From Eledone cirrhosa (taxonomy: Eukaryota), in contig OZ024740.1 in assembly GCA_964016885.1 (NCBI GenBank), forward strand, positions 284,704,001 through 284,768,000: a DNA stretch of 64,000 nucleotides. The letters are read 5' to 3'. Shown in pieces: positions 49,093-63,600 of the stretch (position 1 is the first letter of the stretch; each line of letters starts with the position of its first letter). The notes under the pieces are model-generated. The model searched no databases. It was not told the DNA's origin and saw nothing but the letters and a program-made list of their open reading frames with translations. A program made the translations under genes and the position numbers.

Positions 49093-49139
49093 TATAATGA
49101 TCACCAACTATCACCCATTGTCACCTTTTCAACAATGTG

Positions 49140-49560
49140 CTAACTTCAACATTCAGAAGGAAGGAAAGTAGGTATAAAAGCCAAACTCACTATCTTCAAT
49201 TTGGTGTTTATACCTACCCTTACCTATGGTTATGAATTTTGGGTAATGGCCAAAAGAATACAATCGCAAATATAAGGAGAAATGGGGTTCTTCCAAAAGA
49301 CTATGGAGTAACGTTACTAGATAGGGTACATAGCTCAGAAATCAGGGAGTCGCTTTAAGTAGAGCTACTATTTATCCATATCAAGAAATCAGCTCCAGTA
49401 CTATGGATGTGGTTAGAATGTCTAAAAAAAGAATCGCCTGGACAGATTTTACAGGCAAAGCCAATCGGCAGAAAACAAGATGGTCGGATAACATCCATGA
49501 GCCAGCTAGTCTTGCTTGGAGATCCAGCTGGAACATTCAAAGACAGCTGCTTCTGATAGC
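49140..49560 (+). pseudogene. Degenerate RTE ORF C-terminal fragment
   Basis: KAKLTIFNLVFIPTLTYGYEFWVM...LLDRVHSSEIRESL-like translation. Confidence 0.7.
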
Positions 49561-50879
49561 AAAAAAAGAAAGTCTTTTCTTCACAATTCAAATATCTTCA
49601 TACAACATTTAATTTGAATTTTCCTTAATTACCACTTAGTCCCATCTCAAATAGACTAAATTTTTCAACCACAATTGACTTCACAAAAATAAGCTCCCTA
49701 ATACTACTGTCCTATTATCATTTTACCATTGTTTACCCCACCACCTAAATAAAAAGCACACACACTAGCATTACCATCCTGTCCTCTCTCAAACAATACC
49801 TATCTAATCTATATAAACAACTGTTATATGACTATGCATGCATAACTACATTTATATAAGCACATATACTTTAATGACACTTTAGTTCACGTTGCTCCAG
49901 ACACTCAGCTGAGATAAGTGAGTACCAGCAATAGCTTAGGAGTTAAACTTGCGATAGACCAGCATCCAATCCAGGGAGAGTCTTATACTCAGTTTCTATG
50001 GATACCTTTCCTAACACCAACTACTTTACAGGATCGACGGTACTTTTTATCGCGATACCAGCACACCTACTTCACAATACATACACACATACTAGCACAG
50101 TACCCATCAAAATATGATAGGATTTATGGTGAAAAAAACAAATTCCTTGATTACATTCTATGTTGGACAGATCTTCATAGATCAAGTACTCAAGCAGGGC
50201 TAGTAACCCCCAGCCCCCATTTGAGTTGGGGGCCTGTATCTCGCTGACATACGATCCCATGCTCTACTGAATCCATTTTATCATGACATCAGCACTGGAG
50301 AGGCCATCATGTCTTCGACACAACTGAAGGACACTCCTGGGACTTTAGAAAGCTTTCTATGGTTGGATGCCGTTCAAACAAAATTAGGTTAAGTGTTCAA
50401 ACAGCTATCCCATTAACTGCTTAGAAATTTTTTCACCAATGCTTAATATGGTATGGCTCTTTTGTGTGTGAATGAAAGATCACACTAAATGTATATGCCG
50501 ATTAAACAGTGTTTCAAGTGATAGCTAAATGTTTCTCTAATGATTGACAGAAAAAGGAAGGTCAAGTTTCTAATACAAAACTTTTTTTCTTGCAAGTAAA
50601 AGTTAGTTTGAAATGTTTAAGAAGCTGCTATTATTTCTCCTGGAGAGTTGAAAATCATTGCTGGAGGTGACATACCAGAACATGTCAACATTGGATAAAT
50701 CCATCCCTTAAGTAAATGTTGAATAGTGTCCTCATTTTCCCATTGCACCACCCCCTCTCATACAAGTGTACATTTTGCAGGGTGAGAATCTACCCCATTA
50801 TAATTCCCTAATGTATTTCTCTTCAAATGTTTATTGTAAATGTTTCCAAAAAATAGTTTCTTTTTTTTATCAATAAAAT

Positions 50880-51870
50880 GTCATCAGAATGCATCTCAAT
50901 TCATATGAAAATCAACACGAATTCTGTGACTTCTGCTAAGTAGGGATGTCTGTATTTGATATTATCCACAAAGGCACTCTATTAATAACTATGTTATTAT
51001 ATCTCCATAAGATCTAAAGCATAACTGCTCAAGTTATAAGCTGAATAACTGCTGCTCACCATGCTGTGGACATCAATCAAATAGTGACTATTCTGGCCAT
51101 CCTCAATCAGGGCAGCAGTGAAAACCTATAGAATGAACAAACTGATGCATTCACCTTTTGTCAATGAAGAAATGGAAAATGACCATTGTTGATATTTTCA
51201 ACAATGTTCAGCAGTAATACCCCATACAGACTGATGCCGCTACCATTGAAAATTAGTTTTAAATTATTTCAGCTTGAAGGATGTGTTTACACATTAAAAA
51301 AAAAAAAAAACCCACAAGACTATGGAGAAAAAAAAACTAAAAATTGGATATAAAAAAATGTTGCAGTTGGACAAGTTGAAATATAATTTGTACAACTGAC
51401 AGTTAGATGTATGTCTGACACACAGGAGAATTTCATCTAGAGCGCACAAAACCAAGTTAAACATGAAAGCAATGCCATGGTTTGGGGCAGCATGCCTGGA
51501 AAAATAGTCAGTCCTATACATCAAATCAAGGCCACCATGACAGTATAGATTTTCTGAAGATCTTGGAACAGACTATGCTGCTATATGCCAAGAGTCATTT
51601 GGATCCGTCATAGATTTTTCAGCTTGACAACAAACCAAAGCATACTGAAGGAATAATTAAGGAATTCATCAAAAGCAAGAAAACATGTACTGCATTGCCT
51701 ACCACAATTCCCAGATTCAAATCCAACTTCAAATTTATGGCAACATGTTGCATATATATTTAACAAATGCAATCCAATAACTTATGTGATTTGTCTGATT
51801 ATATGGTAAAAAATGAAAATAAACCCCAGATAAAGTGATTATCAAAATTATAGATTTAATGCCTCTTATG
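50880..51870 (+). pseudogene. Degenerate Tc1/mariner transposase
   Basis: Relics of VKH...MVWG (about 51455-51490), FQLDNKPKH (about 51617) and PQFPDSNP..NLW (about 51700). Boundaries are approximate. Confidence 0.7.
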
Positions 51871-52230
51871 CGATTCCAAATTGAGAAATTTAGAGCAGTC
51901 ATCTTAGTATTAGTACCCTATTCTTTAATACACACATTCTATTTTATTTTTTTTTTAAGTTTGTGCTTTAAATGTATAAAAAAATTAGATTAGACATTGT
52001 TTCTAATGTTTTGCATTAATAACATTCAGTAGCGCATTTATATCAATATGCTAAGTCTCCATATTTCCTCACTATCAGTTTTTTTTCATCAATGGATGAA
52101 TGGCAGATTGGATGTATTTTGTTGAGGTCAATACTATGGGGTTGCATAATTGCTATTGATTAGTCAATATATCAATAAAATCTTAGTTTATTTTGCCATT
52201 TGAAATGATAATAAAATAACGGATTAATTA

Positions 52231-52269
52231 CCATATCTACTTGAATATAAGCTGAGGAATATGATGTGA

Positions 52270-52306
<37 letters not shown>

Positions 52307-52970
52307 ATATTTTGACAATTTTCACCAAATTCTACATAAAGTACTAAAATATCTAGAATGATTATTTAATAATGAAACACATTGTTTTTCAATATTTAAT
52401 GCATCATTATTGTTGTTATTTATGCATGACCTTGAAAATATTTCCAGCACGACCAAATATTCACATTGCAGCAAGTCTGAGAATTTTTGTAATTGAACTA
52501 AATATCCATTACACATACATGCACATACATACATGATGATTGCTTTTCTCTGAATTAATACTTTCTCATTCAATCTTGACTTGTGTTTTATTGTTCTCAC
52601 TCTCCCTCCCTCGCTCTTCTAAAGCTCTCTTATTCAATCTCTTGCTTTCAACTACTCCCAGTATGTGAGTTGCCAGAAGTAAACAAAAATTCAAGAAACT
52701 TGTTGAAATTATAAGACGGATGAAATTGTAAAAAATCATTACTTAATGGAGAACAAAAGCTATACTCTGAACAACACAAAGCATTTTAAACATCAAAATA
52801 TTAAAACTTCACAAATATATTCTATACTCATGAGAATTTCAAAACCATGCCATCTAAATATGTTGATTAGCTGCCTTGGTTTATAAATGGGGTTTGGATT
52901 TTTGCCCATTTCTCAGGCATAAAATAGGGGGTAGACATATTCAGATTGGCTTATATTCAAGTATATACGG
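52231..52970. mobile_element. Tc2/pogo-like MITE, complete
   Basis: Imperfect TIRs CCATATCTACTTGAATATAAGC / GCTTATATTCAAGTATATACGG, flanked by TA on both sides. Confidence 0.8.
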
Positions 52971-53429
52971 TAAGTACTAAACCTTGTCTTATTTCTTTTT
53001 ATTGTTCAACCTTATATATCTGACTCTTTAGAATACTCTACATGTAATATGATAACACTTTTCCACAAAAAAATTGGCTTTGCTTCGATGGGTTATTCCC
53101 ATCTACATTGAGTTCTAGTAGGATTATAAGTCCTACATCAATGTGTGCGTATATAATAGACCTATCAGACACTTGTGATATGCACACATATATCAAACAA
53201 TATATATTTTATGCACTTTTACTGGACTGCCACTATACAGGGGAACTGCCTATAAGTTTTCAATCAATTATTGACTCCAGGACTTACTTCAATCTAATAC
53301 TTATTTTATCAATCTAGTTTTTTAATCAAAGTTATGGGAAAGAAACAACACTGGTTTTAAAGCAGAGACAGATGCGCACACACATACACGGGCATGTGTG
53401 TGTGCACAGAAACCATGCTTTGCAGCATG

Positions 53430-53552
53430 GAGTTATGGCCCTTTATGTTCTGAGTTCAAATCCCACCAAGGTTAACTTTGCCTTTCATCCTTATGGGGTT
53501 GATTTTTAATAAAGAACCAGTAATGCTGGCCTTGTGCCAAAAGTAGAAATAA
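53430..53552 (+). mobile_element. SINE fragment with Meta-type domain
   Basis: GTTCTGAGTTCAAATCCCACCAAGGTTAACTTTGCCTTTCATCCTTATGGGGTTGAT. Confidence 0.65.
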
Positions 53553-53795
53553 TTATATTACATCCACTTTTCCATGCTGGCAGGAGTTGGACAGATCAGA
53601 TCAGCACTTAAATGAAGCCATTGTGATAGAAGGGTCAGCAGGCTACACACATTCCAGTTTTTAAGTTTCTACAGCAGGATGCGCTTCTTAATGCCAACCA
53701 TTTTAGAGGATGTATTGTGTACATTTTATAGCACCAGCACCAGAGAAACAGTAATGTCCTAGTGACTATATATCTCTGCTCTCTCATATTATTAT

Positions 53796-53843
<48 letters not shown>

Positions 53844-54409
53844 TCTTGTATACATGGGTGCATATATGTGCGCACATACATAGCAAATACACCAATACAT
53901 ATGGTTATACTACTCCCACAATTCCTAAATGCAGATAATATAACAGAGCCAAAAAAAAAGACATTTTTATTTTTAATTCCTATCTCCATCTTGTGTTTTA
54001 TCCTATCCTCCTTTCATTTGTTCCTTCTTGCTTAAGCATTAAAGTATATCACATGTCTCCAATATTTTTCACTGTCCATTGATATCTCCTAAATTTTGCT
54101 ATGCATTTTTACTGTGATTTTCACCCCAGCAATTCACATGCCCTGCATTACCTCCATTGAATTTTTATTTGGTTTTGAGGTTTCTATGACTCAGAAATAT
54201 ACTAAAAGTTATTTTAGGTAAAAGGACTTGGGCTTAAGAGTATACAAGTTAAAACTTTTATAGTACAATGAACTGTTTTTGCAAAATTCTTGATAACTGA
54301 TAGGTTTCAACCAGCATTAGCCCAAGCCATGTCGAACATCACTATTATTTTTTTTTTTAATGGCATAATTAAATATGCATTGTGTGTGTGTGGAAAGTGC
54401 TGGTAATCT

Positions 54410-54678
54410 ACACAAAAGCACTCAGTATACGTAAAATGATTGGTGTTAGGAAGGGCATCCAGCCATAGAAAGCTTGCCAAACGAGGGCTAGGAGGACCCT
54501 TCAGTTTGTGTCAAAAGACATAACTTCTCTACACTTAATGACTACGTAAATGGAATACAAACCCCCTTGGCCTGTCTGGGATGTCAGTGACGCCGCTTCA
54601 GTATTGACTTGGTCTATGCAGACCCTTCCAATCTTTGCTAGCAGGGAAAGCAGGCGTTAAATGATGATGATGATGATA
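54410..54678 (+). mobile_element. Old RTE/SINE 3' end
   Basis: TTGGTGTTAGGAAGGGCATCCAGC block, terminal hairpin and (GAT)n tail. Confidence 0.75.
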
Positions 54679-54794
54679 TGTGTGTATATTATGTGTATGT
54701 ATATATGTGTGTGCATGTGTGTATGCTAAAATGGAATGTATCTGAGCTTCATATGATCTTCTGGCCCATCTAGGAGGATATTAGCTCCAAATTA

Positions 54795-55462
54795 GTGTAT
54801 ATATTCAAATATAAGCTGACTCCCCATTTTATGTCTGAGAAATGGGCAAAAATCCAAACATTTATAAGCCAATGCAGCTAATCAACACATATTTAAATGG
54901 CATGGTTTTGAAATTCTCATGAGTATAGAATATATTTATGAAGTTTTAATATTTTGATGTTTAAAATATTGTGTCATTTAGAATATAATTTTTGTTTCAC
55001 AACTCCATTACATAATGATTTTTTACCATTTCATCCATTTTATAGTTTCAACAAGTTTCTTGAATTTTTGTTTACTTCCAGCCACTCTTTGAAAGCAAGA
55101 GACTGCATAAGGATTCATAGAGTAGAAGATAGAGGGGAAAAACAGCAAGTGAGAGAGAAGCAGAGTGAGAGCAATAAAATAAAATCAGGAGTAAGATTTC
55201 AATCTTTCATAAAAGTATTAAATCAGAAAAAAAAAACATGTATGTGTGTATGGGATATGTATGTATTAAAAATTTCAAATTATAAACATTTGTTAAAAAT
55301 ATTTTCACAGGAATGCATAAATAACACCAATAATGATGTATTAAAAGTTTTTTTTTTAAATAGGGGTGGGGGTGTCATTGTAAAATAATCACTAGATATT
55401 TTAGCACCTTATTTACCTAGAATTTGAAGTTGGTGAAAATCGGCAAAATATTGACTTGAATA
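54795..55462. mobile_element. Tc2/pogo-like MITE copy, opposite orientation to 52231-52970
   Basis: GTGTATATATTCAAATATAAGCTGAC start; body homologous to the other copies. Confidence 0.75.
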
Positions 55463-55734
55463 TATTTGGCATGGTATTATTTCTTAGCAGGTTATTGAAA
55501 CAAAATATTAAGGAATATATGTTCAAGTAGCAACGTGCAAAATGGTTGGTCTAAGGAAGGGCATGCAACAACTGTAAAAACCCAACCAAAACACAGTTCC
55601 ACTATGAGCAAGGTATGGCGCAGCAAACTGACCAGACGTCCCTCACAACGGGACCACCCAGCTCCCAAAATATGGTTCTGCTATTAACAAAGTATGGTAT
55701 GGCCAACTGGTCAGACCCTCCTTATAATGGATAA

Positions 55735-55885
55735 CCCAGTTCCATACTGTAAACATGGTTGGTGTTAGGAAGGACATCCAGTTGTAAAAAAAAGTTCCAT
55801 TTGAGCAAGGTACTTGTTTCATAACATGGACAACTATCTCACCCATGCAAGCGTGGAAAAATAGACATTAAACGGTTGTGATGAT
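55735..55885 (+). mobile_element. Old RTE/SINE 3' end
   Basis: GGTTGGTGTTAGGAAGGACATCCAG...CCCATGCAAGCGTGGAA...GACATTAAACG. Confidence 0.7.
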
Positions 55886-57374
55886 ATATATACACAGACT
55901 ATGTAAGCAGTAGTATATAAAAAGAAAAAGTACAATTTATCATTTCTATTTCATTTATATTTTACTTCTGAATTGTTTTTATCTGTTAGTAAAATATGAA
56001 ACAACATTGTGCAATGTCCTACTAAATACAACAAAATTTGCTTATGAAATAATCACAAAATAAAATTAATACTGCTAGTAATGAAACGTAATTTTGTTTT
56101 CCTAGATACAGAAGTTTGTACTATAAATATATAGTCATGGAAAGTGGACATAGAATGATGGTGTAAATACAATGTCCCACAAAATGACAAATTCTATTTT
56201 CATTTACAAAAAATTTTAAATAGTGTTTTCAAGAAAAAATTGCCAGATCACAAATGTTTGATATTCAAACAAAAACCCAAAGACCATTTTTTTAAAAATA
56301 CATTTAAAAAAAATTAGAAGGATCTTTAAAAAAAACTTGTGCATATAAGACTATGTGTTCTTTCTTAATATAGGAATGTCTCTTTTCTCTGTCTTGCATT
56401 TTCTATTTCATGACTGAACACAGAAAGGGTAAGGTATGAGTTTGTACATGAATTCAGCAAGGTGGTTACTTTTTTAGTCACATATATACATACGAGGTTC
56501 ACAAAAATAAGAGCAGTGATGTTTTATTTAAATGTATATTAGACATTCATGAAATTACAAGCTATCTTCTTCAAAATACGACCCTTAAGAAGTTACAGTG
56601 GTTCTGACATAGCAGTACCAGAAATCATTTTCTGTGAGTGACATTAGCTCAGTTATAATTTTTTTGTATGTTTTCCACAGTGCCAAATTGATGACCCTTC
56701 AACTTTGGTGACAGACCTTGTATCAACACATCAAAATCATAAGATACATATATAATGTTGGGGGTCTGTATCATATATGGTTATATATTATAGATTGATA
56801 AAACTGTAGCGAAGCGACACCTGTGGTGTGACAGCTATGCAGAGTTATCTGCACATAGCTCTGACGTCACAAACGGACATCATCAAAATAACACACACAC
56901 TCCGGCAGCTATTCCCAAAGAGACAACACGTATAATGTTGGAGCTGACTTCTACCTAGAAGAGATATTTTCTGCCTTCTCTCCCTAGAGATGACTCCTGC
57001 CTATGAAGAGACGACTCCTGTCTTCTCTCTCTCTCTCTGCTGTATACGCTCCAGTCTTAGAGTCGTGACCAACTCGCCAACTACACCATCACGACACGTG
57101 GTAAAATATTTCTATTGTGTTATTGACTCCTGTGATATAAAACATTGTACAAACACACACCAGCCATTCTTATTCTTATTAATATTATTGAAAGTAATAT
57201 ATACACTCTGACCAGTCATCTAAAAAACTATCTGATAAGATAACACTTTTACTAAGTCAGTAAAGTGAAGTACCTGTCATCTTTTATGATATGAAATATA
57301 TTTAGAGGCAATATTATCTATACATATATATTATACTGTTTATGTACTATATTTCATATGTATTATATAGATAA

Positions 57375-57975
57375 ATACTCTCCTATTTTATGCCTAAGAA
57401 ATGGGCAAATCCAAACCTCGTTTATAAGCCAAGACAGCTAATCAAGACATTATGTTTAGATGGCATGGTATAAAATATATTTATGGAGATTTAATATTTA
57501 GAGTATAGTTTTTGTTTCACAACTCCATTACGTAATGATTTTTTACCATTTCATATTTTTTACAGTTTCAACAAATTTTTCAAATTTTTGTTTACTTCCT
57601 ACCATTCACATGATAGGGAATACTTTGAAAGCAAGAGATCAAATAAGAGAACTTTGTATAGAGTAGGATTCATAGAGTACAAGGAGGGAGAGACCAGAAG
57701 TGTGTGTGCGCATGTGCATGCATGCATGTATGTATGAGATATTTATGTATTAAAAAGTTCAATTATAAATATTTATTGGAATTGACACTGTATTAAATGT
57801 AAAAAAAAATGTTACAATGTTTCATTGTGAAATAATCACTCCAGATATTTTAGCACCTTATTTACCTAGAATTTGAAGTTAGTGAAAATCAGCAAAATAT
57901 TGACCTGAAGTTGAGCCCCTATTTTAACATCGATTTTTGTTTGGGTTTTTTCCCCCCCAGCTTATATACGAGTAA
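57375..57975. mobile_element. Tc2/pogo-like MITE copy
   Basis: TTTTATGCCTAAGAAATGGGCAAATCCAAAC ... CAGCTTATATACGAGTA. Confidence 0.7.
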
Positions 57976-58137
57976 TTATACTTTTTGTATATATAATAAA
58001 ACAATGAAATTTCATTTACATATACTTGTTTTTATTGAGTATCAACCTGTTACACTTGTTTCGCAGAGAATATGTTCAAAGTCAACCATGGAAGTTCTGT
58101 GTGTTTGTGTGTGTATTATATATATATATATATATCC

Positions 58138-58912
58138 CTGGAATGAAAACCTGCAGACAAAGGAATATTCCTGTTCCATCAAATGATGCATCACTGACTT
58201 GCATAAATAGTAAGCAATTAGGGATGTATTTCCCCCAGAATCCCAGAAACCTATTGAAGACTTTTATCAATTTTTATCAATTCATATCCTCTCGAGATGG
58301 TTCAGGTTAGTGTGCAACCTCTTTGTATACATCGATGTTGCATTATTGTGACATGCTTTTGGCCGTTTTGTTCTTGGTGTCACTTCATTAACTTTTTGTG
58401 TTTACTCTAGGTGGAAATATACCAATTTATCACATCCTTGAGTGCTTTTATGACTGCCTCTAACAATTCAATGAGCACCTGCTATAGTGCTGCTGCAACT
58501 TCGATTATACTCATTTTTTTTTTTCTAGTAATAATAACTAATTATCCAATTGATTGTTTGTTAAACTAATTGAGAGCCTTTTTGAGGCTATAAAAAAATC
58601 CTTTGTCACACTTTGAATTTACCCACTAAAAGTTTGGCCAATTGACCTTCCTCTTTTTGGAGAAAGGTCACATGATCACACTGATAAATTTACTGCTACA
58701 GTAGACTGCCAGTGTCTTCTAGCAACCGAACGAGCCGGATACCCCGGAATGAAAAACCTGCCAACAAAGGGATATTCCTGTTCCATCAAATAGTGCATCA
58801 CTGACTTACATATACATTATGCAACTTGTGCTGTATCTCTCCAGGATCCCAGAAACCTATCAAAGACTTTTATTGCTTTTTATCAATTCATGTCCTTTCG
58901 AGATGGTTCAGG
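58138..58912. repeat. Diverged direct duplication of about 170 bp (58138-58307, 58744-58912), possibly an ancient LINE RT relic on the minus strand
   Basis: Shared GGAATGAAAA..TATTCCTGTTCCATCAAAT..CCCAGAAACCTAT..CGAGATGGTTCAGG; minus-strand KVFDR-like motif. Confidence 0.55.
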
Positions 58913-59117
58913 AATTTTGGTGGCATGTGCATTCCACCTCACCTTGAGGATTGAGTATAGATGCAACCAGCATATGATGGAAAAGTTGAAAATTCTCACC
59001 TTGCCAACCAGCATTTGGAGCACAAGGGAAGAGACTTTTTATTTGCAAGTAAATTTAGCCAGCATTCGCTCAAGCATATCCTGTTTCCAGAAGAATTCCA
59101 CCTACACCTACAAACCA

Positions 59118-59228
59118 TGTGTGGCATGAATGAGCGGTTAAGAAATTTGCTTTGCAACCATACGGCCTTCGGTTCTATATCACTATGTAACACCTTGGGT
59201 AAGCAACTTCAACTATAGCCCCAGGCAG
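59118..59228 (+). mobile_element. Degenerate tRNA-derived SINE head
   Basis: GGTTAAGAAATTTGCT...GGTTCTAT...CACCTTGGGTAAGC...CTATAGCCCCAGG. Confidence 0.5.
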
Positions 59229-60669
59229 GTTAGGTAAATTTTATTCCTTTCCTTTGCAAGTTGGCTTAGATTAGTGAATTGTTTTCTTTAAGCATATGAT
59301 AAGACCAAAAGCTTTAATAGAATACAAGAAATATTCAACAATTAAATGAGCTTCTTTTAAAGATGTTCCAAGAGCTGCCACACCAACAAAATCATATCAA
59401 AAATATAAAAGTTGCTCTATTCCATGTTTTTTCCTTGAACTTGATAATTAAACAATCTTCCACTAGTATGAGTTTTCAAAAGTGTAATGAAGCATAAGTA
59501 AGAAATAAAAAGCAAACAATACAGGACCCAAAACACAACCTTGCCTAATACAATTAATAACCTCAAAGGACTTAGATGATTCCCACCTGAGAAAACTGTA
59601 GTTCTCTTAACATTTAGCATATCAGATATTCCAATTTTGTTTAGTATTTTTCAGGGAGTCTCAGTTTACTGAATCAAAAACTTTTAAGGTCCACAAAACA
59701 ACATTTAAGTGATGATTTCTCTCAGCAACCCTAACTGATCTTACCTCTGCTAAATTAGGATTCAGGATAAATTTTTCTCTCCAAAACGAGAAATCAGACA
59801 TGTCAGGGTTATACTGACAATGAAATTCCAAGATGTCTATCACAAATTACTTTGTTTTTTGTTTGAAAAGATGGAAGCATATTTTAAGCCCCTAGGATTA
59901 TAGTTATTTTTCCATATTTGTGAAAAAAAAAAGTTCCAATTTCTTGCTACCATATTTGTGGAATTTAAGAAGTACACTGCTTGAGCCAAGATATTTCCCA
60001 GGTTCATTTCTGTGGTTGCAGCATGAACATTATTAAGATCAGATTTATATGAAAGTTGTACTATTTCTGACCTTTGTGAAACTAATGAAAGAATATCCAT
60101 ATTAATTAATGAATAAATATTCAAAAGACACAAAATGCATCTTCCATCTTCATAAATTTTTTTATGTATAAGCTGTTTGTGCATATGTGTTGACTGTTTG
60201 GAAATCAGTCCTTTTCTTTTTTTGCTGTGTAATGTATTAGTATGCTGTTGCAGCAAATGTGTGTGTGGATGTACAAGTGTAGTGTGTGCAGGTGTGTTCC
60301 ATATGTTGTGTATATATGTGTGGTTGTGTAGCAGTGTATATTTGCAGTGTGTGTGTATGTATCTGTTTAAGTGTATATGGCTGCGTGATTGTAGTGATGT
60401 ACATATGTTCGCTGTGTGGATGCTGAAAGTGTGAGATGGTGATGGATGGAGGGTTATGTGTCTGTTATATGGCAAAATGTGAGTGTTGGTGTGTGTCTAT
60501 CTCTTATACTTCTAGAATTTTGTGAAGATTATGATCTATATATTGACACTATGTGCAAAGATGATCATACAACAATATGGATGCATCTGAGATCTAAGAT
60601 TTGATACTTGATGGGTTATGTAATTATCCATATGTGATATGAATTTTAAATAAACAATTGCGTAATGCA

Positions 60670-63600
60670 TTGTTTCGACCGCGGACGGCTAACATAACCC
60701 CATCGCCCCCTGCCCCCCACCGCCCCCAACCCCCAAACGCAATCCAAAACTTCAGAGTTGGTACCATAAATGTAGGCACCCTAAAGGGTCGCGCTAACGA
60801 GGTTGTAGAAATGCTTGAACGTAAGGAGGTCGATGTTTGTTGTATTCAAGAGACCAGGTGGAGGGGTGGGTCTGCTAGATTCATTGAGGGTAAAAAACGA
60901 TGTTATAAGCTTTTCTGGGTGGGAAACGACGATGGGCTGGGTGGAGTAGGAATCATGGTAGCAGAAAAGTGGGCAGATAAGATAATAGACGTAAATAGAG
61001 TGAACGACAGAATAATTAAAATACGACTTGTCCTCAATAGAACTACGGTGACAGTAATATCTGCGTACGCACCCCAATCCGGACTGCCCGGCACTATAAA
61101 AGACAGATTCTATGAGACACTGATGCTAACCACCTCCCAAATATCCGACAGTGACTATATAATTATTGCAGGCGACCGAAATGGTCACGTTGGACAACAC
61201 TGTGACGGCTACGACGAAATCCATGGAGGCTATGGGTTTGGTACTAGAAATGAGGAAGGCTCCAGAATCCTGGAATTCTGTGATGCAAATAACCTAACTA
61301 TCTGTAACACTAACTTCAAAAAACGTGACAATCACCTGATCACCTATAGATCCGGGGAACACACAAGCCAGATAGATTATATCCTTACCAGAAGACGTGA
61401 CAGAGTGTCTGTTGTAAACACTAAATCCCTCCCCCATGAAGAATGCACCTCCCAACATAGACTGATAATTGGCGACCTCATAGTCAGGACGAGACGTACT
61501 CGACAGCAGAAGAGGACTATCCTCAGGAGAAAAATATGGAAGCTAAAGGACCCCACAGCCAGGAATAAATTTCAAAGCATATTACTTGATGCTTTCGACA
61601 GTAAGGAAGAACATTTAGAGTCGGACAATATAGAGGGAGAGTGGGAATTTCTGAAAGCAAACCTGCTGTTGGCGACAGACGAAGTCTGTGGCTGGAGCAG
61701 GCCTGTAGGCAGGAGGAGAGTAACATGGTGGTGGAACAGTAAGGTGGAGGGGTCAATTAAGGCCAAAAAGCAGGCTTGGAAAGTATGGCGGGATGGGGGA
61801 AGTAGAGAAGACTATCAAGTGGCCAGGAGGGAAGCTAGGAGACAAGTGTACTTAGCAAGAAGGGAAGCTGAGGAAAGAAAGTTCAAGCATGTTCTACAAC
61901 GCGATGACCAAAAACGTGAGGTGTTCAGGATTGCTAGGCAATGCGTCAAGGAAAACCGTGATATTGTCGGGGAGAAGTGTGTACTAAACGATGATGGCAC
62001 ACTTGCCATCACCGACGCTGATAAGAAGGTAGCTTGGAAGTGTCACTATGAAAGGCTACTAAATGAGGAGAATAAATGGGAGAAAGACAGTCTCCCCCAT
62101 ATCGACCCAATAGAGGGACCAGCAGTGTTAGTCGAGGGGAGTATAATAAGTAAGGCAATCAAGGATATGAAGACGGGTAAGGCGGCTGGGCCTTCGGAAA
62201 TAGTTGCTGAGATGCTGAAGGCATCTGGCACGGTGGGACACACCATGGTCACCCGCATAGTTAACCAAGTCGTACAGAATGGGGTTGTTCCGAAGGACTG
62301 GCATAGCAGCATCATCGTTAACTGTTATAAGGGTAAAGGAGACGCCCTAGATAGGAGTAACTATAGAGGCATTAAATTAATCGACCAGGTCATGAAGGTC
62401 ACGGAAAAAGTAATAGCGCAACTAATCAGAGAGAGAATTGACCTAGATGAAATGCAGTTCGGGTTTGTGTCAGGCAAAAGTACCACAGACGCTCTTTTCA
62501 TTGTACGACAACTACAGGAGAAGTACCTAGCTAAAGGTAAACCCCTCTACTTAGCTTTTGTCGACTTGGAGAAAGCCTTCGACAGAGTCCCCCGCTCCAT
62601 TATCTGGTGGGCTCTTAGAAAACTAGGCGTTGACGAATGGCTTGTGAGAGCTATACAAGCCATGTATAAAGAAACAGTCAGCAAGGTTAGAATTAACAAC
62701 GAATATAGTGAAGAGTTTAGCGTAAAAGTTGGCGTCCATCAGGGCTCTGTTCTCAGCCCCCTACTATTTATTATTGCCCTTCAGGCTATAACAGAGGAGT
62801 TCAAGACCGGCTGCCCATGGGAACTCCTATACGCAGACGACCTGACACTCATAGCGGAATCAATGGCCGAGCTAGAGAAGAAATTCCAAACATGGAAGCA
62901 CGGCCTAGAATCAAAAGGCCTTAAAATTAACCTGGCTAAGACTAAAGTTCTAGTTTGTAGGAAAGAAAATAAGGCGGCGGTCCCTTCTGGGAAATGGTCG
63001 TGCTCGGTGTGTAGGAAAGGCGTAGGTAGAAACTCCATTTTATGTCCTAAATGCAAAGTATGGGTGCATAAAAGATGTAGTGGGATCACAGGTAAGCTAA
63101 CTAAGAACATAGATTTTACATGTGGCCGGTGCTCTGGTGCAATAAGTAGCAGCAAGTGCCCACAAAATACTAGCTCTTTCAATTGCGCAGAGGGTTCTAT
63201 AGAAATAGTGGACAGTTTCCGTTACCTGGGTGATAAAATCAGCAGTGGAGGAGGGTGCTCTGAAAGTACAGTAGCTAGAGTCAGAACTGGTTGGAAAAAG
63301 TTCAGAGAGCTTATACCACTATTAGCTGCTAAAGGGTTCTCCCTAAAAATGAAAGGCAGGTTGTACGATGCCTGCATACGAACAGCAATGTTGCATGGCA
63401 GTGAGACCTGGGCATTGTGTGCAGAGGATATACGCAGACTAGAGAGGAACGAAGCTTGCATGCTCCGCTGGATGTGTAACAGTAATATACGTGAACGGCA
63501 AAGCATAAATGAACTAAGGAAAAAATTAGAAATAAGAGGGATCAGATGTTGTTTACTCGAGAGAAGGCTACGTTGGTATGGACACGTGATGCGCATGAAA

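Noticed and set aside
56756-57245. Possible solo LTR (TGTTG...TAACA)
   Set aside because: No matching target-site duplication and no second copy in the window.
59840-60475. 211-aa His/Thr-rich ORF
   Set aside because: Largely a translation of a degenerate (GT)n low-complexity tract.
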